DNA of 64,000 bases. It comes from Lama glama. Taxonomy: Eukaryota. The position numbers were made by a program, and so were the translations under genes. Shown piece after piece: positions 12,730 through 26,865 of the stretch (positions within the stretch are counted from its first letter, which is position 1; each line of letters starts with the position of its first letter). Under the pieces are notes generated by a model, which saw nothing but the letters and a program-made list of their open reading frames with translations, searched no databases and was not told where the DNA came from. The stretch is taken from positions 54,376,001-54,440,000 of the forward strand of contig CM052817.1 of NCBI GenBank assembly GCA_028534125.1. The letters are read 5' to 3'.

Positions 12730-12960
12730 CAACAACAATAAGTGAGCTAACATTTATGCCAAAAATTGTACTAAATATTTACATGAACCATCTCATTCCA
12801 CGCACCCCCTGACCCAGAAAAAAAAAGCAGTTTTCATCATCATCCCTGTATATTGATGAGGATATTGACACATAATAGTAAGTGACCTTCAAGCCACACA
12901 GCCAGCGTGTAGAGTACAGAAGCAAATCTAGACAGTATGATATTCGAATCCACAGTATAA
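12730..12960 (-). mobile_element. MIR SINE (degenerate)
   Basis: gctaacattt...tttacatgaaccatctcatt...gatgaggatattga...taagtgacc...gccacacagc, the antisense MIR layout. Confidence 0.65.
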
Positions 12961-15900
12961 TATATACACATCACTCCAGAATACCACATAATAATTCAAA
13001 GTACATTTTATTTATCTTCAACTCACTATCTAGGTAGAATACACTGTATACAGCAATCTGAATGCTCTTCAATGGGCATTTGATTACACAGAATTTCCCC
13101 AACTTTAAATGAAGATTCTTTTCTCAAAAATACCAAAATAAATTCAATATTATGGACAGTTAAATTCATTCAAAACCTACTTTTCATTCTATTACACATG
13201 TCAAAAAACCAACAGAACCAGGGTTAGTTTTAGTTAGCATATATCACAGAGGCCTCGTGGAGGCCACAGCAGGATTCTCACTCGCAGTGTATCTGAAGCT
13301 TTCCGGGGGAATGTTAGAACAGCGTATTTCTACTTAATGAAAATCATGACTGTAGTTTTTTTTAATTTAAAAAGGTTGTTCAAAAAATAAAACCTAATCT
13401 ATATCCCTCATTACATAAAGTGCAAGGTTTACACAGATTTTGATTTACACAAGTGAATGCAACATTAATCCTACCAATAAATTATGTTAATTTCATTTGA
13501 AAAATGTAAGATATTATGCTATCTCTCCCTTTTTCAGATTCAGTTTTTCTGGTTATTTTAATACATGACTTCTGAACATACTTACGTTTATGAGCATTGA
13601 CTTTTTTCATTAAAATTTTAAAAGTTTGTCACTGAAATCCAAAAAACAGACACAAAAATTTTAACCTCACTGTCATAAAGCCACAACTTTTTTGAAACTC
13701 TGTAGAAACTCTATTTTAGCTCAAGCACTAACTGATATTAAGAAAGTAAAATGTTTCATAGTGTCCTATGAGACACAATTACTTAGAGAAATCAGTTGTT
13801 CTAAATAATTCCCAAATATCCAAATTACATGGAATTGACTATGAATTATGAATTCATTCTGTTATCTGAAGATCTCAGGAAGATCAATCACTTAAAAAAC
13901 AATGTACTTTCACCTATGATGGTAAATGTAACATATACAGAAGGGTTCTCTGTTAAAGGGACATATCACTTTCTTTCCTCTTGCTTTGCATTAAACATTA
14001 CACAAATGAAGAGCAAGAACCCGGAATTGCATGGAACTATACTATATTAGATGGAACTCATTCCTTCTTTAATGAAAATGAACGTCTATGAAAAGGAAAC
14101 CCTTCCACCATTTAGCTCAAATAGAAGCAAGAGAGGTTCATGACATCTAAAAATCTACCTCCTCCAATGACAAGTGACGGTTTCCTCTGCCCCGGTTCTG
14201 GGAAAGGTCACTTACACGTTAATTCTGCGCTGGCCCTGAATGTTGCTTCTGAATAATCTGAAGCTCAAAAGCAGTGAGTACTCTCCCATAAATCCGTGCG
14301 CTGGGAAGCAGCGGCCCTCAGCCAAGAGTTCAGAAGAGGAGTAGGCTTCTCTGCTGCCTTACCCATTTCAGGCTTTGGTAATTTACCATTTTTTTTTCCT
14401 TAAATACCACAAAATCAATCCTATAAAGACCTACTTTACACTGACGTGTACATGAAAGTGCTAGGGACATGAGGTAGATTTCATTTTGCAAATTTTTCCC
14501 ATTTATTGTAATATCTGAAAAACTAACAAAGCTTTAACAATATTTACCCTGAACCCTCAAAAGCTCTATGGTAATTATATTTCTTAATGTCATAGCATAA
14601 ACTCGTACGAGATGAGATATTTGAAAAACTAGGTAACGTTCAATTCCATCAAATCTTTGAAGGGCAAGGATTTAGACATTTAATACAACAGTGATGAGCA
14701 AAGATTTACAACACATATAAATTTCAGTTTCATTTTACCTTCTTGGCTCCTAAAGGCATTTGAGTTTACAGTCCTGACTTGGACTCTAAAAATCTGGATC
14801 TGAATTCTGGTTCTACCTCTTCTTAGCTATATTTCCCTGAACATTTGTTTTATAGGGACAAAACCCACTAAAACTTAACTTTAGCATTTTCTAAGAGGTC
14901 TCATATTCCTCTCATATAAGATGTACTCAGTAACTGCTACTTCTTTCTGTTGTTTCCTTTAACCACACATTTCCTCAGTCTATTACGAGACAGAGTTTTC
15001 TAGGAATGAATGTACCATACAAATATTATCCTATATGCACAATATGAAATAAGTTTGGAACCCACCAGCATCAAGTCTTCCAAAATTAAGTCTCGACAGA
15101 ACTGTGGTCAATGAAGGAATTAATCAGAAAAGTCTGATTAGTTAAGTTTATAAAAATAAAATTAGGTGTTTCTGGCATAGAAGGGCTGGACTCCATATTT
15201 AAGGAAATGCTTGCTTTCTTACTGCATTAGCTGCTATAAATGGCAGGTGTTTAGGACATCCTGCATTCCTTGGCCATTCTTACATTTCATCTGCCTGTTG
15301 GCAGCAATAATAAAAACATGCTTCAGATAACATTAATTTCCTGACAACCTCTCCAATTGCCTTTGCATTTTATACTTTTCCTCTGACTCAGTGTTATCTT
15401 ACAAGCAAATCTAACCTACTATAATTGCCAATCTCCCAAGATGCTTAGGACCTTCATGATTAGACAGATACATGTTTCCAGGAAAGTCTAATCTCAGATA
15501 AGACTTGGATTTTTTTTCTTATTAAGAATATTAACTGCAAAGTAATACAAATAGTATGATTCTGGTGTGGGAAATTTGGGTGCTAGCAACATATAAAATC
15601 CTCTCAAACTCCACCCTCTAAGGTATTAAATCAGTCATGTAACAAAATTCTGTAAGGATTTTTAACCCTGTAAGTTTTCTTTTATAGAAACATAAAAGTG
15701 AATAGGGTCCCTGTACTCAGGAGCTTACAATTTTAAGCTTAAGCTTGGAGGCTGTATCTATCTTTTCTGGACCTCTGACATTTAACCTTTACAGATTCTG
15801 ACCTTTCAATGTGATTGTTTTTGCAAGCTGCACAGGTCTAAATTATTTGTACTCCGAGAATTCTAAGTAAATCAGAATCTGAAAACAAACTCGTTTACAT

Positions 15901-16009
15901 AAATAAATTTTAAACAATTATTGTTTCTTGTAAATAGTAACCAGTCTCTCTGACATGATACTTTGAAAAGAAGACTGGGTTGGGGGAACTCATTTTTCTG
16001 GCAACAATT

Positions 16010-16130
16010 TGATATGTATCTTTGGGTATGCCACTTAATTTCTCTTGGTCTCAGTTTCTCCATCTGTAAAACAAGGGGGCAGAAGTAAGTAATTTGGAAA
16101 GTTTCCTGCCAGTTCTCAGATTGATGATCT
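16010..16130 (+). mobile_element. MIR/MIR3 SINE
   Basis: tttgggtatgccacttaatttctcttggtctcagtttctccatctgtaaaac matches the MIR core. Confidence 0.85.
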
Positions 16131-18032
16131 CATTTAAATCTTTTACTCAGATGAATTAAACGGCAAGTTAATAAATCATCTATTAGATTAAATGTGATGG
16201 TCTGAGTAAGGTTTTGCTGGGGAATGGCAAAGACTTGCATTTCGGTTTAATTTGTTAAATAATGCCTCTAGCCAAATTTAGAGCTAGTAGAATCTGACAG
16301 CTTGTTCTGCAAATGACATTATTACTTGAACAGAGCATTCGGCCATATTTGGGAAGTGCTTCAAGTAGCAAAGCAAAATAGATTTTACTATAGCTTTATT
16401 TAATGCCATGCTTCGGAAAAAATCACAAATCAGTTTCATTAAATCTAAGCAAAGATACATTTAAAACTTGGCAAAGGTAACTATGCTAATGATGAATGAC
16501 TATTTCTCTACCTATCTGGTACCACCAGTCGGTATATTACATGATAAGATTTAATCTATTCAAACTGGAAACAAATGGGTTCTGTACAGAGTTCAAGTGC
16601 ATGATAGTTAAATTTCTCAAAACCAGACCTATTCTTCTCCAAGTCTCTTTTAGAAATCCCTTCTAGAAAGAGCACACACAAGAGAACAGGGAGGAGAATG
16701 TAAAATGCACTAACAAAGCATATGTGCTACTAAAAAGGGAGAAAAAGAACATGTGAATTCTTATTCCACCTTGATCTTCTAATTAAAATTAGTAATACAG
16801 TAGACACTGCACCTGCCAGCCAAAAGTTTATAATGAACAGAGAGACTTACTGCAGAGTCTCTTATCAGTGTAGCTCCCTTGGGGACAAAAATATTGATCC
16901 CTTTCATTGAATAAATACTAAAGTAACAACAAGAATCCATTATGTCTGACCTAACAAGAATTTTTAATTGAACAAGTTACTATCTGAATGGTCAAGAAAC
17001 ACTGGATATACTATCACTTAGCATTCACTTCTTAAAGCTCTAAGTGTAAAGGGCAAATAATGAATGAGTTGACAAAATTATTCATTTTCGCAAGAGTGCT
17101 CCCCAAATAAATGTCCTTAGTTTTAAAGAATTAAGATAGTTTTTGCCATCTGAAAAACTCAGTCGTATTTTCAATAGTATAGTAACAGTTTATTTCTCAA
17201 GAAATTGTCTTGCCCAATTAATAAATGATGTTTTACAGGTCTAACATTTAATTTTACATAATATCTTTTTCCAAATAAGTGTCAAATTTTAATATGTCAC
17301 ACATAACTAGAATAAAATGAAACAGAAGGCCATTTCTTTTTCTTTAGACTAGGTTATTAGCACTAAAAAGGTATGCTAGCAACTCGACGTTAAATATTTC
17401 ATAAGGCATTTCCATAGGAAATTATGATATTTGAAAATCTTCTTTAAACCACAGAACTAACCTCCAAAAATGGCTGAGCCTAATAAATTTTTCTACACTT
17501 TATTAGACCCTAGACTAAAACATAACTGATAGTAAGAAGATGTAAATTTGGTTAATCAGCAAGTAAAATGGATTACTATTCTTGAGATAAAGTTCTCTTT
17601 TCTGCATCTACAAAGAGGGAAAAAAGTGAATTCAGGAGAGAAAACCTGCAATTATTTCGAATTGAATATTAGGCCTGTGATTTTACACTAAGAAGCTGAC
17701 TTTGTTCACTCAAAATATAGATACTTTTCAAAAGAACTGAAGCAATATTAACTTACTGAGATATATTGTTTTTTCCCTAAACTACTTAGAATTTTTTCAT
17801 TTTGATCAGTTAATAAATTGGATTCATAACAAAAGCAAAATAAATTTTATAGACTCTCTCTAAAAAGTGAATCCCTATGTTTTAAGAAAACAATCATACA
17901 TGGGATTATAAAAAATGGCACGTTGGCCAATCCAATAATTATACATATTCACAACTTTAAAAATCAGTTATCGATGTTCTCTTGCCAAGACTGTGGACTA
18001 AGAGCATGCTCATATGCTTCCACAAAGCTTAC

Positions 18033-18670
18033 CTGATTAAGATTCTGTATTTTCAAAAGCATTTCAACACCACCCTGTAGATACTGGTACACTGCTTATT
18101 ATATAAATACAATACTTTAATCAAAAGTATCAAAATAAAAATCTGAAGAGAACTGAAATATTCCATGCCCAATTCCGATCTGGGACAGATGATGCCTTGA
18201 CTGAAACAGATCCAGACATTCAGTCCATGTACAGCCTGCCTTTCATTAAGTAGCTCAAAGACTGTGTGAGCCAGGACCTGAGAGGGAGAGACATCCTTTT
18301 TGATGTTAACCGTGATGTTAGGAGAGGGATAGCCTCTTTATTTACCAAGCTGACATCAACTCGCTTTAAATGTTCTTCCTAGTCTGTGCTGGAATGTTGA
18401 GGGTAGTTTTTAGGTGAGCTACGATCAAAAGAAAGATGAGAAAACTGACCCTCTCAGTGCAAATGAATCAAATCTGGGCCGCCTCAATTCTCCAGGGCTG
18501 ATGCAGCAGCAGAAAGGAGGAAGGTGTCTCAGGTTGGCCAGTCTCTGAGATGGTACAGTGGTGTTACAAGCACTCTCTCTGTGTAACTCTTACTTAAAAC
18601 ATATAAATCTTTCAGAGAGGAGGGGGCCGAGACTTTTATTCATGCTAAGTTGCAGCTGTGACCTTTACTG
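18033..18670 (-). promoter_or_regulatory. Candidate alternative promoter / 5' exon region
   Basis: Repeat-free. Contains an E-box, an NR half-site and ATAAAAG, followed by two acceptors and the strong donor CAG|GTAAGC. Confidence 0.3.
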
Positions 18671-21600
18671 AAAATAAATACTGGTTGATGGCTGTTAAAT
18701 ATCACATGCCAGCAATTTATTTTATAAGATGTTTATTTTGTTTTTAGAAAAGGTTATTATAAATATATACCAATAGAGTTGAAAGCTTAATTTTCCAACT
18801 AGAACTGTAACTGCTTTCATGCATGCAACTGGAGTCCATTGAAATCTTTTCAATATGTTTTAAAATATGGCATTCAACACATCAAAATTGTAATTAAGCT
18901 CAGAATTATAATACTTAGAAAAATATAATAAAATACTATCCAAACTAAGTTAAAATTCATTTATTAGCAGTAGTCCAGCACATTTTCATTACTAAACGTA
19001 CAATTCTGAACACTAACTCTCCACTGCCTTACAATAATGTTCCTGTGAATTTATTGTTAAAGAACAAAGGCGCTGACACTAGTCCATGGCTTACTTTAAT
19101 TACTGGATTACTATCATTTGGATCAAAACAATGTTTGAGTCAAGCATAAATATTTTGGGAATGATTAGATTCTTCTGACATATAAGACCATTTTCACTTT
19201 ACAAAAATGAATGACTAGAGCAGAAAAATTACTTCCTGAAAATCCTGATCCCTGTATTTTTAGAGTAGTCTATCAAAATGTATGTCCCACAAATCTCAGT
19301 ATGGGATCCACTGCAGAACATTCCCTGTCCATAAATTCTTGTCCAAGGATGTCCAAAAACATCCAGTAAGGATTGAGTGAATCAAAGCAATATATGACAA
19401 ATCCCCTTTTCCAATAGAAATGTTAAAATTGAATGGCATGTTCTTAAGAGTCAAGAATGCCTACTCTCTCAAAATCTCCCCCAAAGAGTGAACTTTTTAT
19501 TCTGCCTTATGAATACGTATGAGTACAAATTAATCTTTCTAAATTATCCCTACATGCATTCAAAAGTTAATATAGTATGAAGTGTAGAAAAAGCCTAGAG
19601 AATGGAGCTCTGTCTAAAGCAGTCCCAAGTCAGAAAGACCATGAAGTGAAGAATCAAGTCTGGGGCAGGAATATCCTGAGAATACAGTTGTGCAGGTGGA
19701 GGAGGCATGAGGGAGAAGCCCGGAGAATCTCTCTGAACATGAAATCACTGTCAGACTCACTACAAAAACAAAAATCTAACCTGAAATGGTACAAATTACT
19801 GTGGAGTTTGCCACCAAATTGTAACTGCCTGAATAAGAATCTGGAAAATATATCAAGACCAAAAGATATAATATTCAAAAGTTAATATGGCAGAATTCCT
19901 CATGAAATTCCCACCACCATGGATAATTTTCCCAAATATCTATGCGCATCACTATCTGTTTTTTGCAAGGACTAAGGAGAAGACAAATTCCAAAAATGCA
20001 AATTTTAAAGCTCATTATTTTAAGTTAATCTCTTTTAACTTTGACTGAAACTGTACTGAAGGTCAAAAATCTTAGCCTGAAGCTAATTTTTCACATTATC
20101 TTCCTATGTGTGCCAGGACCTCCCACTTACTAGAACTGACTGACCTCCACAGTATGTTATATTGTTTTCATTTTAAAAGCCAGTTTGATTCAGCACTTTT
20201 CATCCTTGTTCAAGGCTAGTAAATTTCAAAACTTGTCCATTTTAGACAATTATCTGACTTTTTCCTCCCCTAGCAAAACTCCTGGTGTTATACTTTTTTT
20301 TTTTTATCTTATATTACTTAGAGCTTTTGCTCACAGAGATTAGAAGTTGTTTACAACAAGAGTTGTACCCATTACAATCTTCTGCCACTGTTCAAAGTCA
20401 CCTTATCAACTACTCTCCTTTTATTTAGCCCAGAAAGATAGGAAATAACTGCCACTGTCACGAGGTAGACATAAAACGAAGAAAATACGGCCTAGAATCC
20501 TCAGGGATATGGCAGCCCTGCCACAGAGCCAGGGAAAAGTGAGTCAATCAAAACCAGCTTAGAAATAACCCTTTTAACTGTGAAGACGGTAAGTAAACAC
20601 CATCAGCAGCTGATGAACCATTACTTACTAAAATCCAGTATCCGTAGCCATGATAGGAATAGTTTTTAGCAAGTTGCTCTTTGGTAAATTCTATTTTTTT
20701 CAGAAATATAAAACATATTAATCAAATTGGTACAATTAATAAAGTTTCACTCAAATATATACGTGTATAAAGATAACATCTATTGACCATTCATGTGAGC
20801 GTATCTTGAATTGCCTCTTACTAGCATGATCAACAATACAACTTCACAGATGACTGGCTGTAGCGATGGCACATATGATGCCCTTTATTAACACACACCC
20901 CTCCTGGGACCTCTGACCTGAATCTGCCTGGCTTGTTTTGGTACTTTCTCAAAAGGCTTTTGTTTATTTAAAGAAACATTTTTTTTTCCAGATATAATGT
21001 ATACTTTCAACAGTGTGTGTTTTTTTCCCCTCTCCCATTCTGGAGAGCACAAAACATAACACATTTTCAGTCCTAGCAGTAACGGTCATAGGTCAATTAT
21101 ACCATTGATAATTTGGCATTTCATGAGAAAAGAAGTATGTTTGACCAAGTTTTCGATGTCTTTCAAGCACAACATTTATCATTATGGATTTGAAATTTGA
21201 TCTAAAGAAAGCAAACCTGTGTGTAATACCCACTGGTCTTTCTTTTGCTGAATACACACATCAGTGACTTTTAGAAAGGAAAAAAGGAGAGAGGGATAAT
21301 CTGAATTTTAATGGATTTAGAAAGACAGAATATCTTTCATATCTTACGATATGTCTCATATAATGTCTTTCCAACTATATAATCATGCTGATCAAAATCT
21401 GAATCCATATAACATGGTCCTCTGCTATGTTGACCATTTGGAGTTCTGTGTGGAGAAGGTAGTTTAAGAAACAGGTTAATTAACACAGCTGCGATCTACA
21501 CAGAACATTTTCTAGGCTAAGACCATTTCAATTCAGCTCCCCTAGAAATCAGTTGACTGGAATTCTTGGCTTTCTCCCAGGCAGTTTCTTAAAAAGGTTA

Positions 21601-22929
21601 CCAGCTTAATTGAATGAAATCAGTGTCTGCAACCATCAACAATTATCTTTAGAGCAATACTTGTTATTAGCCTGAATAAAATCAAAGTTAGAAACCAACC
21701 ACAATGATTTATGGAGCAGTAATTCCCAATACTGGCCATTTTGACTGCATCTGTAACTAGTATGGAAACTTCCCGAAATCTACTTGTTTCTTCTTTCATG
21801 CAGACACCACACAGATAACCAAGGATATCAACAAGTCTATCTCAAAATGATTTCCATTCGTTTCAAAGAAAGTCAAAATTAACCTGGAACAAACGAGGGA
21901 AATCTACTCAAAATGGATAAATAAGCACAGTCTATTTCATCCACAATCATGATGCACTCTACATTACGTTTGCTCTTAGCCGGTCACCTCTACTCTATGG
22001 CAAGTTTGGTCCTCGTATTTCAGTACTTATGTCTCCCTGGCCCTGGAAACTTTTTGATTCGTTTGAGAAACTAGTGCCCACAAGTTTTGATGGATAGAAT
22101 TTGAAATGACGGAGTACCATAGTCCTAATCAAGTTGCACTGAATGCCTCATTAGATGACTCGCAGCACATCACGTATCATATAAGGCTTTTTCTGGCACC
22201 TCACAGTAGACAGACACTCCATCCAAATGAGAAAGTTTAGAAATATTTTTCCTTCCTGCAACATGAAGGGTTAGAATTACATATAGAAATTCAGAGATCA
22301 TACTTTTCCAGAGTCTTTTAAAAATTGTACTAGATATAAAGACAAGTGCTTTATAATTTATATTTAATTACAGCTAAGATTAAAAGGATTAAACCCCAAT
22401 CACCAGGTTATTTCTCTTAGGAATTTCCCATTTTTTTAAATGCCAAAGTGAATGAACGAATTATTTTAAATCCCTTCTTTCCGGGAAAATTAGTGGTATC
22501 TTTACTGCAAAGCTCAATTTTTGTTAAGTAATACTTTATACACTGTCAATCTCATTCCTGTTATTTTCATTTAATGATGTTAACAAAATGGTAATATAGT
22601 ATACCTAGGAAATAATATAGCAGAAAGCAAATCGAGGATAAATTGTTTTTGCAACAACTGTACATTTACCTAACATTTTAGTCTAGTTATTCATTATCTC
22701 TCTAATGCATTGCATTCAACAATTTTCAGAAAACTCAAATATGAAATGTTCACCTTTATGCTAGAGTCTAAACTCATCTAAATATGCACAGTTCCTAACG
22801 CACCTGGGCACTACTGAGTAAGCGTTCTTTGCACTACCACTTGAAAGCTGAGGTGCTGGCAGTCTGTCCAGAAGTATTTTAAAAGACATACCCTCTTATG
22901 GTTGAGTGACAGCAGTCTTTAAGAGTGTT

Positions 22930-23670
22930 GGCAGTGCATCACAGGATAAAAATAATGAACTGATTTTTTATTGTTCAAAATGAAGACAGACAAAAAGTCT
23001 CTAGTTCTTGGTGAACAGGGAGCATTGTATAAAGTAGGACAAAATTAGAGAAAAGAGAGAAGTCTTCTGTTCATTTTTTTTTCACTTTTCTCTAACAAGG
23101 TAAATACTTTTAATGTTGACTATTATATAACAAGTATGACTAGGAGAAAACTAGGGCCCAAAATTGAAAAGAAAATGGAAAGAAACCAAGAAGGAAATTT
23201 TTTTAAAAATTCAGGGCCAGGCAAGAAGCAGCCCAATTTAGTCAAAGATCAGACAGTGGTGATTACTAATACACTGTTGAGTAAATGTGAAAACCAGCAC
23301 TGCCTGAATTTTTTCAAAAGAATGACGTCTAGATAAAACACAAGGCTAAAGTTAATAGCTCTTCCTGGCAAAATTGGAACAGATATGAAATAGAATTAGC
23401 AATTACAGAGGAAGGGGTGATTCCTAGGGAAGTCAGGCCAAATCAACTTTATTTTCTAATTTTGACAGAATTACTCCTATCAGGCAGAATTCTAATACTC
23501 AGCATGCTGAATTTCATAAAGGCCTTTATTTAAAAAAATAAAATAAAATGCATAATGCAAAAGAATGAAAATCATGTCATAATTACATAATTAAGAGATG
23601 GTTAAATGACACCACATCAATGACTATGAATGAGCACAATTTTCCCAGAATCTTTGGCACTGCTAAAAAA
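22930..23670 (+). mobile_element. CR1/L3 LINE ORF2 relic
   Basis: ORF 23136-23336 (RKLGPKIEKKMERNQEGNFFKNSGPGKKQPNLVKDQTVVITNTL) lines up with the recalled CR1 ORF2 segment (LKPKI..FKSPGPDELHPRVLKELADVIAEPL). Downstream DNA retains traces of the PGKILEQI, KSCQTNLISFFDRVT and LDFSKAF motifs. Confidence 0.7.
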
Positions 23671-24100
23671 TACAAATAATAAGTTTCATAACTATTTCAT
23701 ATTAAATTACTTCAACCTGGAATAATGCTGAAAGTCGAACCTTCTAACCATGTTTGCTAAATCCTTCCCTGATCTCTATTTTATCTCTTCAATCTATCAT
23801 CCCTCGCATCTGTACCTCCCACAGAAGTCTAAGGGCAAGTCCCACCATTCAGGTGTTTGAAAGAACAGTCCTCACTTAGCTTCAGACCCTTCCTTCTGTC
23901 TCAAATACTTTTGTCCCCACGCTTTGCACCGCAAATCCTCGATCTTTCAGAACTCAGTTCAGGATGTTACTTCTTTTCAAAGATGTTCTCCTTGACAGCC
24001 CTGGCTGGTTCCAAAGTCCTTGTAAATTCTAAATTGAAACACTGCATTGTACTTTGTATCATACTTTACTGTGATTCTTTAATTATTTGTCTCTTTTATT

Positions 24101-24201
24101 CAGCACTGTGCTTATGAATCAGTTCTTGAAAAAATAAAGATCCCTGATTTGCAGTGTTTATCAATTTCCATAGCAAAATATCACCCCCCACCAACCTCCA
24201 C

Positions 24202-24238
<37 letters not shown>

Positions 24239-24285
24239 ACACACACCAGGGCTAACTTCAAAATAGTAACCAATTAAATCCTTAA
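24101..24285 (+). mobile_element. hAT DNA transposon (MER63-like) interrupted by (CA)n
   Basis: cagcactgtgct...ccctgatttgcagtgtttatcaatttccatagcaaaata...ccagggctaacttcaa resembles the recalled MER63 consensus. Confidence 0.6.
24205..24246. repeat. (AC)n microsatellite
   Basis: About 16 perfect AC units, an interruption (gt), then a further short AC run. Confidence 0.95.
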
Positions 24286-24899
24286 AATCATCTTGTTAAA
24301 TTGATATTTTTCTCTTAGTGCAGATGAAGAACCTCAATTTGGCTCCAGAAGATTACAAAGGTCCGAAAAAGGTCTCTCAGTCCAAGTCATAGCTAAATTT
24401 GTATGCACGTTTCACTTAATCTACTTAATTCTCACAAACACCATGAAGTACATATTTATGGATAAAAAAAATATTAAATAACTCTTCCAAAATTAGAAAG
24501 GACGTAAGTATCAAAAATAAGAGGCAAATTCACACTGTTGACATCGAAGCCTCTGTCCTCACCACGGCGCTCTCCTTCTGACATGAGCTGTACTTCTCTA
24601 CACGCTCTAGTGTTTTCATTATTTATTAACAAGTTAATCAAGCAATGTCCAGGGAAAAGAAGAGAAATGTACACTTTGGGTTCTTTCTATAAACAGCTAT
24701 TGGCTAAGTGCTTTGGTAGGAGATATAGAATTTATATGGTTCATTTGAGCCTTTATCTAATCTACCTCTTATCAATAAAGTATAAAATAACCAAATCATT
24801 ATTATGATCCCAGTACCCTTCAAAAATTTCACATCTTTACAGGTTTAATATTCAATGAAACCATCTTCAAACATATGAATTAATTTAATCTCCTCTGAC

Positions 24900-25092
24900 T
24901 CTGACTTCCTGTAGTATAATATCTACTATGTCCATCACCCATTTTGATATTTAATCATACACATCTCGTAAACACCAATGAAACTGAAGTTCCTTGATTG
25001 TAAGAACTGTCTTTATCCTTCTTCAGGAACCCCTGAAGCCTCTAGCACCGTGTTAGACACTAAGCACTTATCAAATGTTTCCTAAATTGAAT
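24900..25092 (+). mobile_element. L2 LINE 3' end
   Basis: aactgaagttccttga...gaactgtcttt...cctctagcaccgtg..acactaagcacttatcaaatgttt..aaattgaat. Confidence 0.65.
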
Positions 25093-26865
25093 CATAAAGT
25101 AATGATTTTTGAAACTGTAGAAAAGAGGAAATCTAATATGTCACTGGCATATATCTCAGGAACCTAGCTGAGTCTGCACTGATTCGCATCATTTTATAAT
25201 AGAATCTCATAGATTTCCAATGAATGTGTTTTAGAATATAAATATGTTCAAAGAAAAAGAAAAGGTACAAAACAAAGACACAAAAAGGCAACAATGCCCT
25301 CGTCCTCCTTTCTCTCACCATGTCACTGAGAGACAAGGACTGACTTGCAGCTCAGTGACACTTCATGCAAGAAAACACTTTAGAGGACAAAACACTAGGC
25401 TCAGAGAAAAAGTGCTTTGCTGTGTTGCCTAGATTTAGGAAGAAGCCTGACAAATTCTGATTGTCAAGTTGTCATGCTGTTTGTCTTGATTTAAAAGTAA
25501 TTAAATACAGTGACAATGGGAAGATGCTGGTGGAAGATTTTATTGGAATATATCGTGAATTACTTTTGAGATAAGCTCAACCGATGGAGAAACATGAGTG
25601 ATATTAAGAACTAACAAAGCAAACAGCGGAGTGCTTAAAAATCTTGGCATGCAGAGAGGAAAGGCCACATTAGTATATTCTTACCTTGGACATGAGATAA
25701 AAGGAAGCAAAGTGTATGAGGACTATTTTTGCACTTGCAATATTCAGTATTATCTAATTGTACTTCCAAAACTGTTACTTTATTTTTTAGTATATATATA
25801 TATATGAATAATATGTGATTATTGCTGAAGTAGTTAAACTTACCTACTGTTTACAGACACACTGTTGTTACAGGTCTAAGGGCTAAAAAGGAATGGCTAT
25901 GAAGAGTACTCTAACTTTACTTTTCCTCCAGTTAGACAACGTCTCAGGAATGTCAATGACAATTAACTGATTTCAAGAACACAGACTGAACTTTTACTAT
26001 GTGCTTGATACAGAACTAAGCACTTCTTATGTATTCTGTTATTTAAATAGCATAACAATCAAGAAGCAGATACTAACTGAACTGCCCTCCTACAAGGAAA
26101 AAAAAGAGATCAGGAAGGTAGGTAACATAACATCCTCAAGGTCACACATCCCAGAAGAGATCAAAAACTTGCCCCTAAGGCCCCATGAACCACCCTTTGA
26201 GGATGTAACATATGCCATGCGCCTGTGCATCCCTGGTGGGTTCTAAATATTGCAAGAGCTGTATACAGAAAGGACTCTGGTATAGTTGGGAAAATGATCA
26301 TCAGTGCCAGGTTCGTGGTGGCTTGTAGAGCAACAGGCATTCTCAATTGGGGATTCTTTGATGTTATAAGAAGGAAGTCTTTCTTACTGGAACCCAGACT
26401 AAATGTCATCAAGGGATCTGTTCCATGAGTCCATTCAGTGTTAACAAGAGTCCCTGGGGTTACCAGTGTTTTAGTATTGGTGGGGTAGAAATGCTAACAC
26501 TCAGTCTAAGGTTTACAAAAAATACTAGTTCAACAAGGGGGCTGGCAGCTAACATGAGGAACTTGAACCTAACCTGTACCTATTCACTCATGTCTTCTTA
26601 CTCTGGGGATAAACAGGCAGTTGAGACCACATACGTATTTCCCCCACAAAGCAACGGCTGTGCTTTCTTCCCAAAAGTGCACCTGCACAATGTATACACA
26701 CACACAGACACACACACAGCTCTGCCTCAAGTAAGCAAAATGGAACAAAAAGTGGTATGAAGTGAAATAATCTTTAATAAGTTCATATAAACTGATATAG
26801 AACACCAATGACAACATAATAACATAATGATATTTTATCTGATTTTTATGTCAAGACTGTTAACA

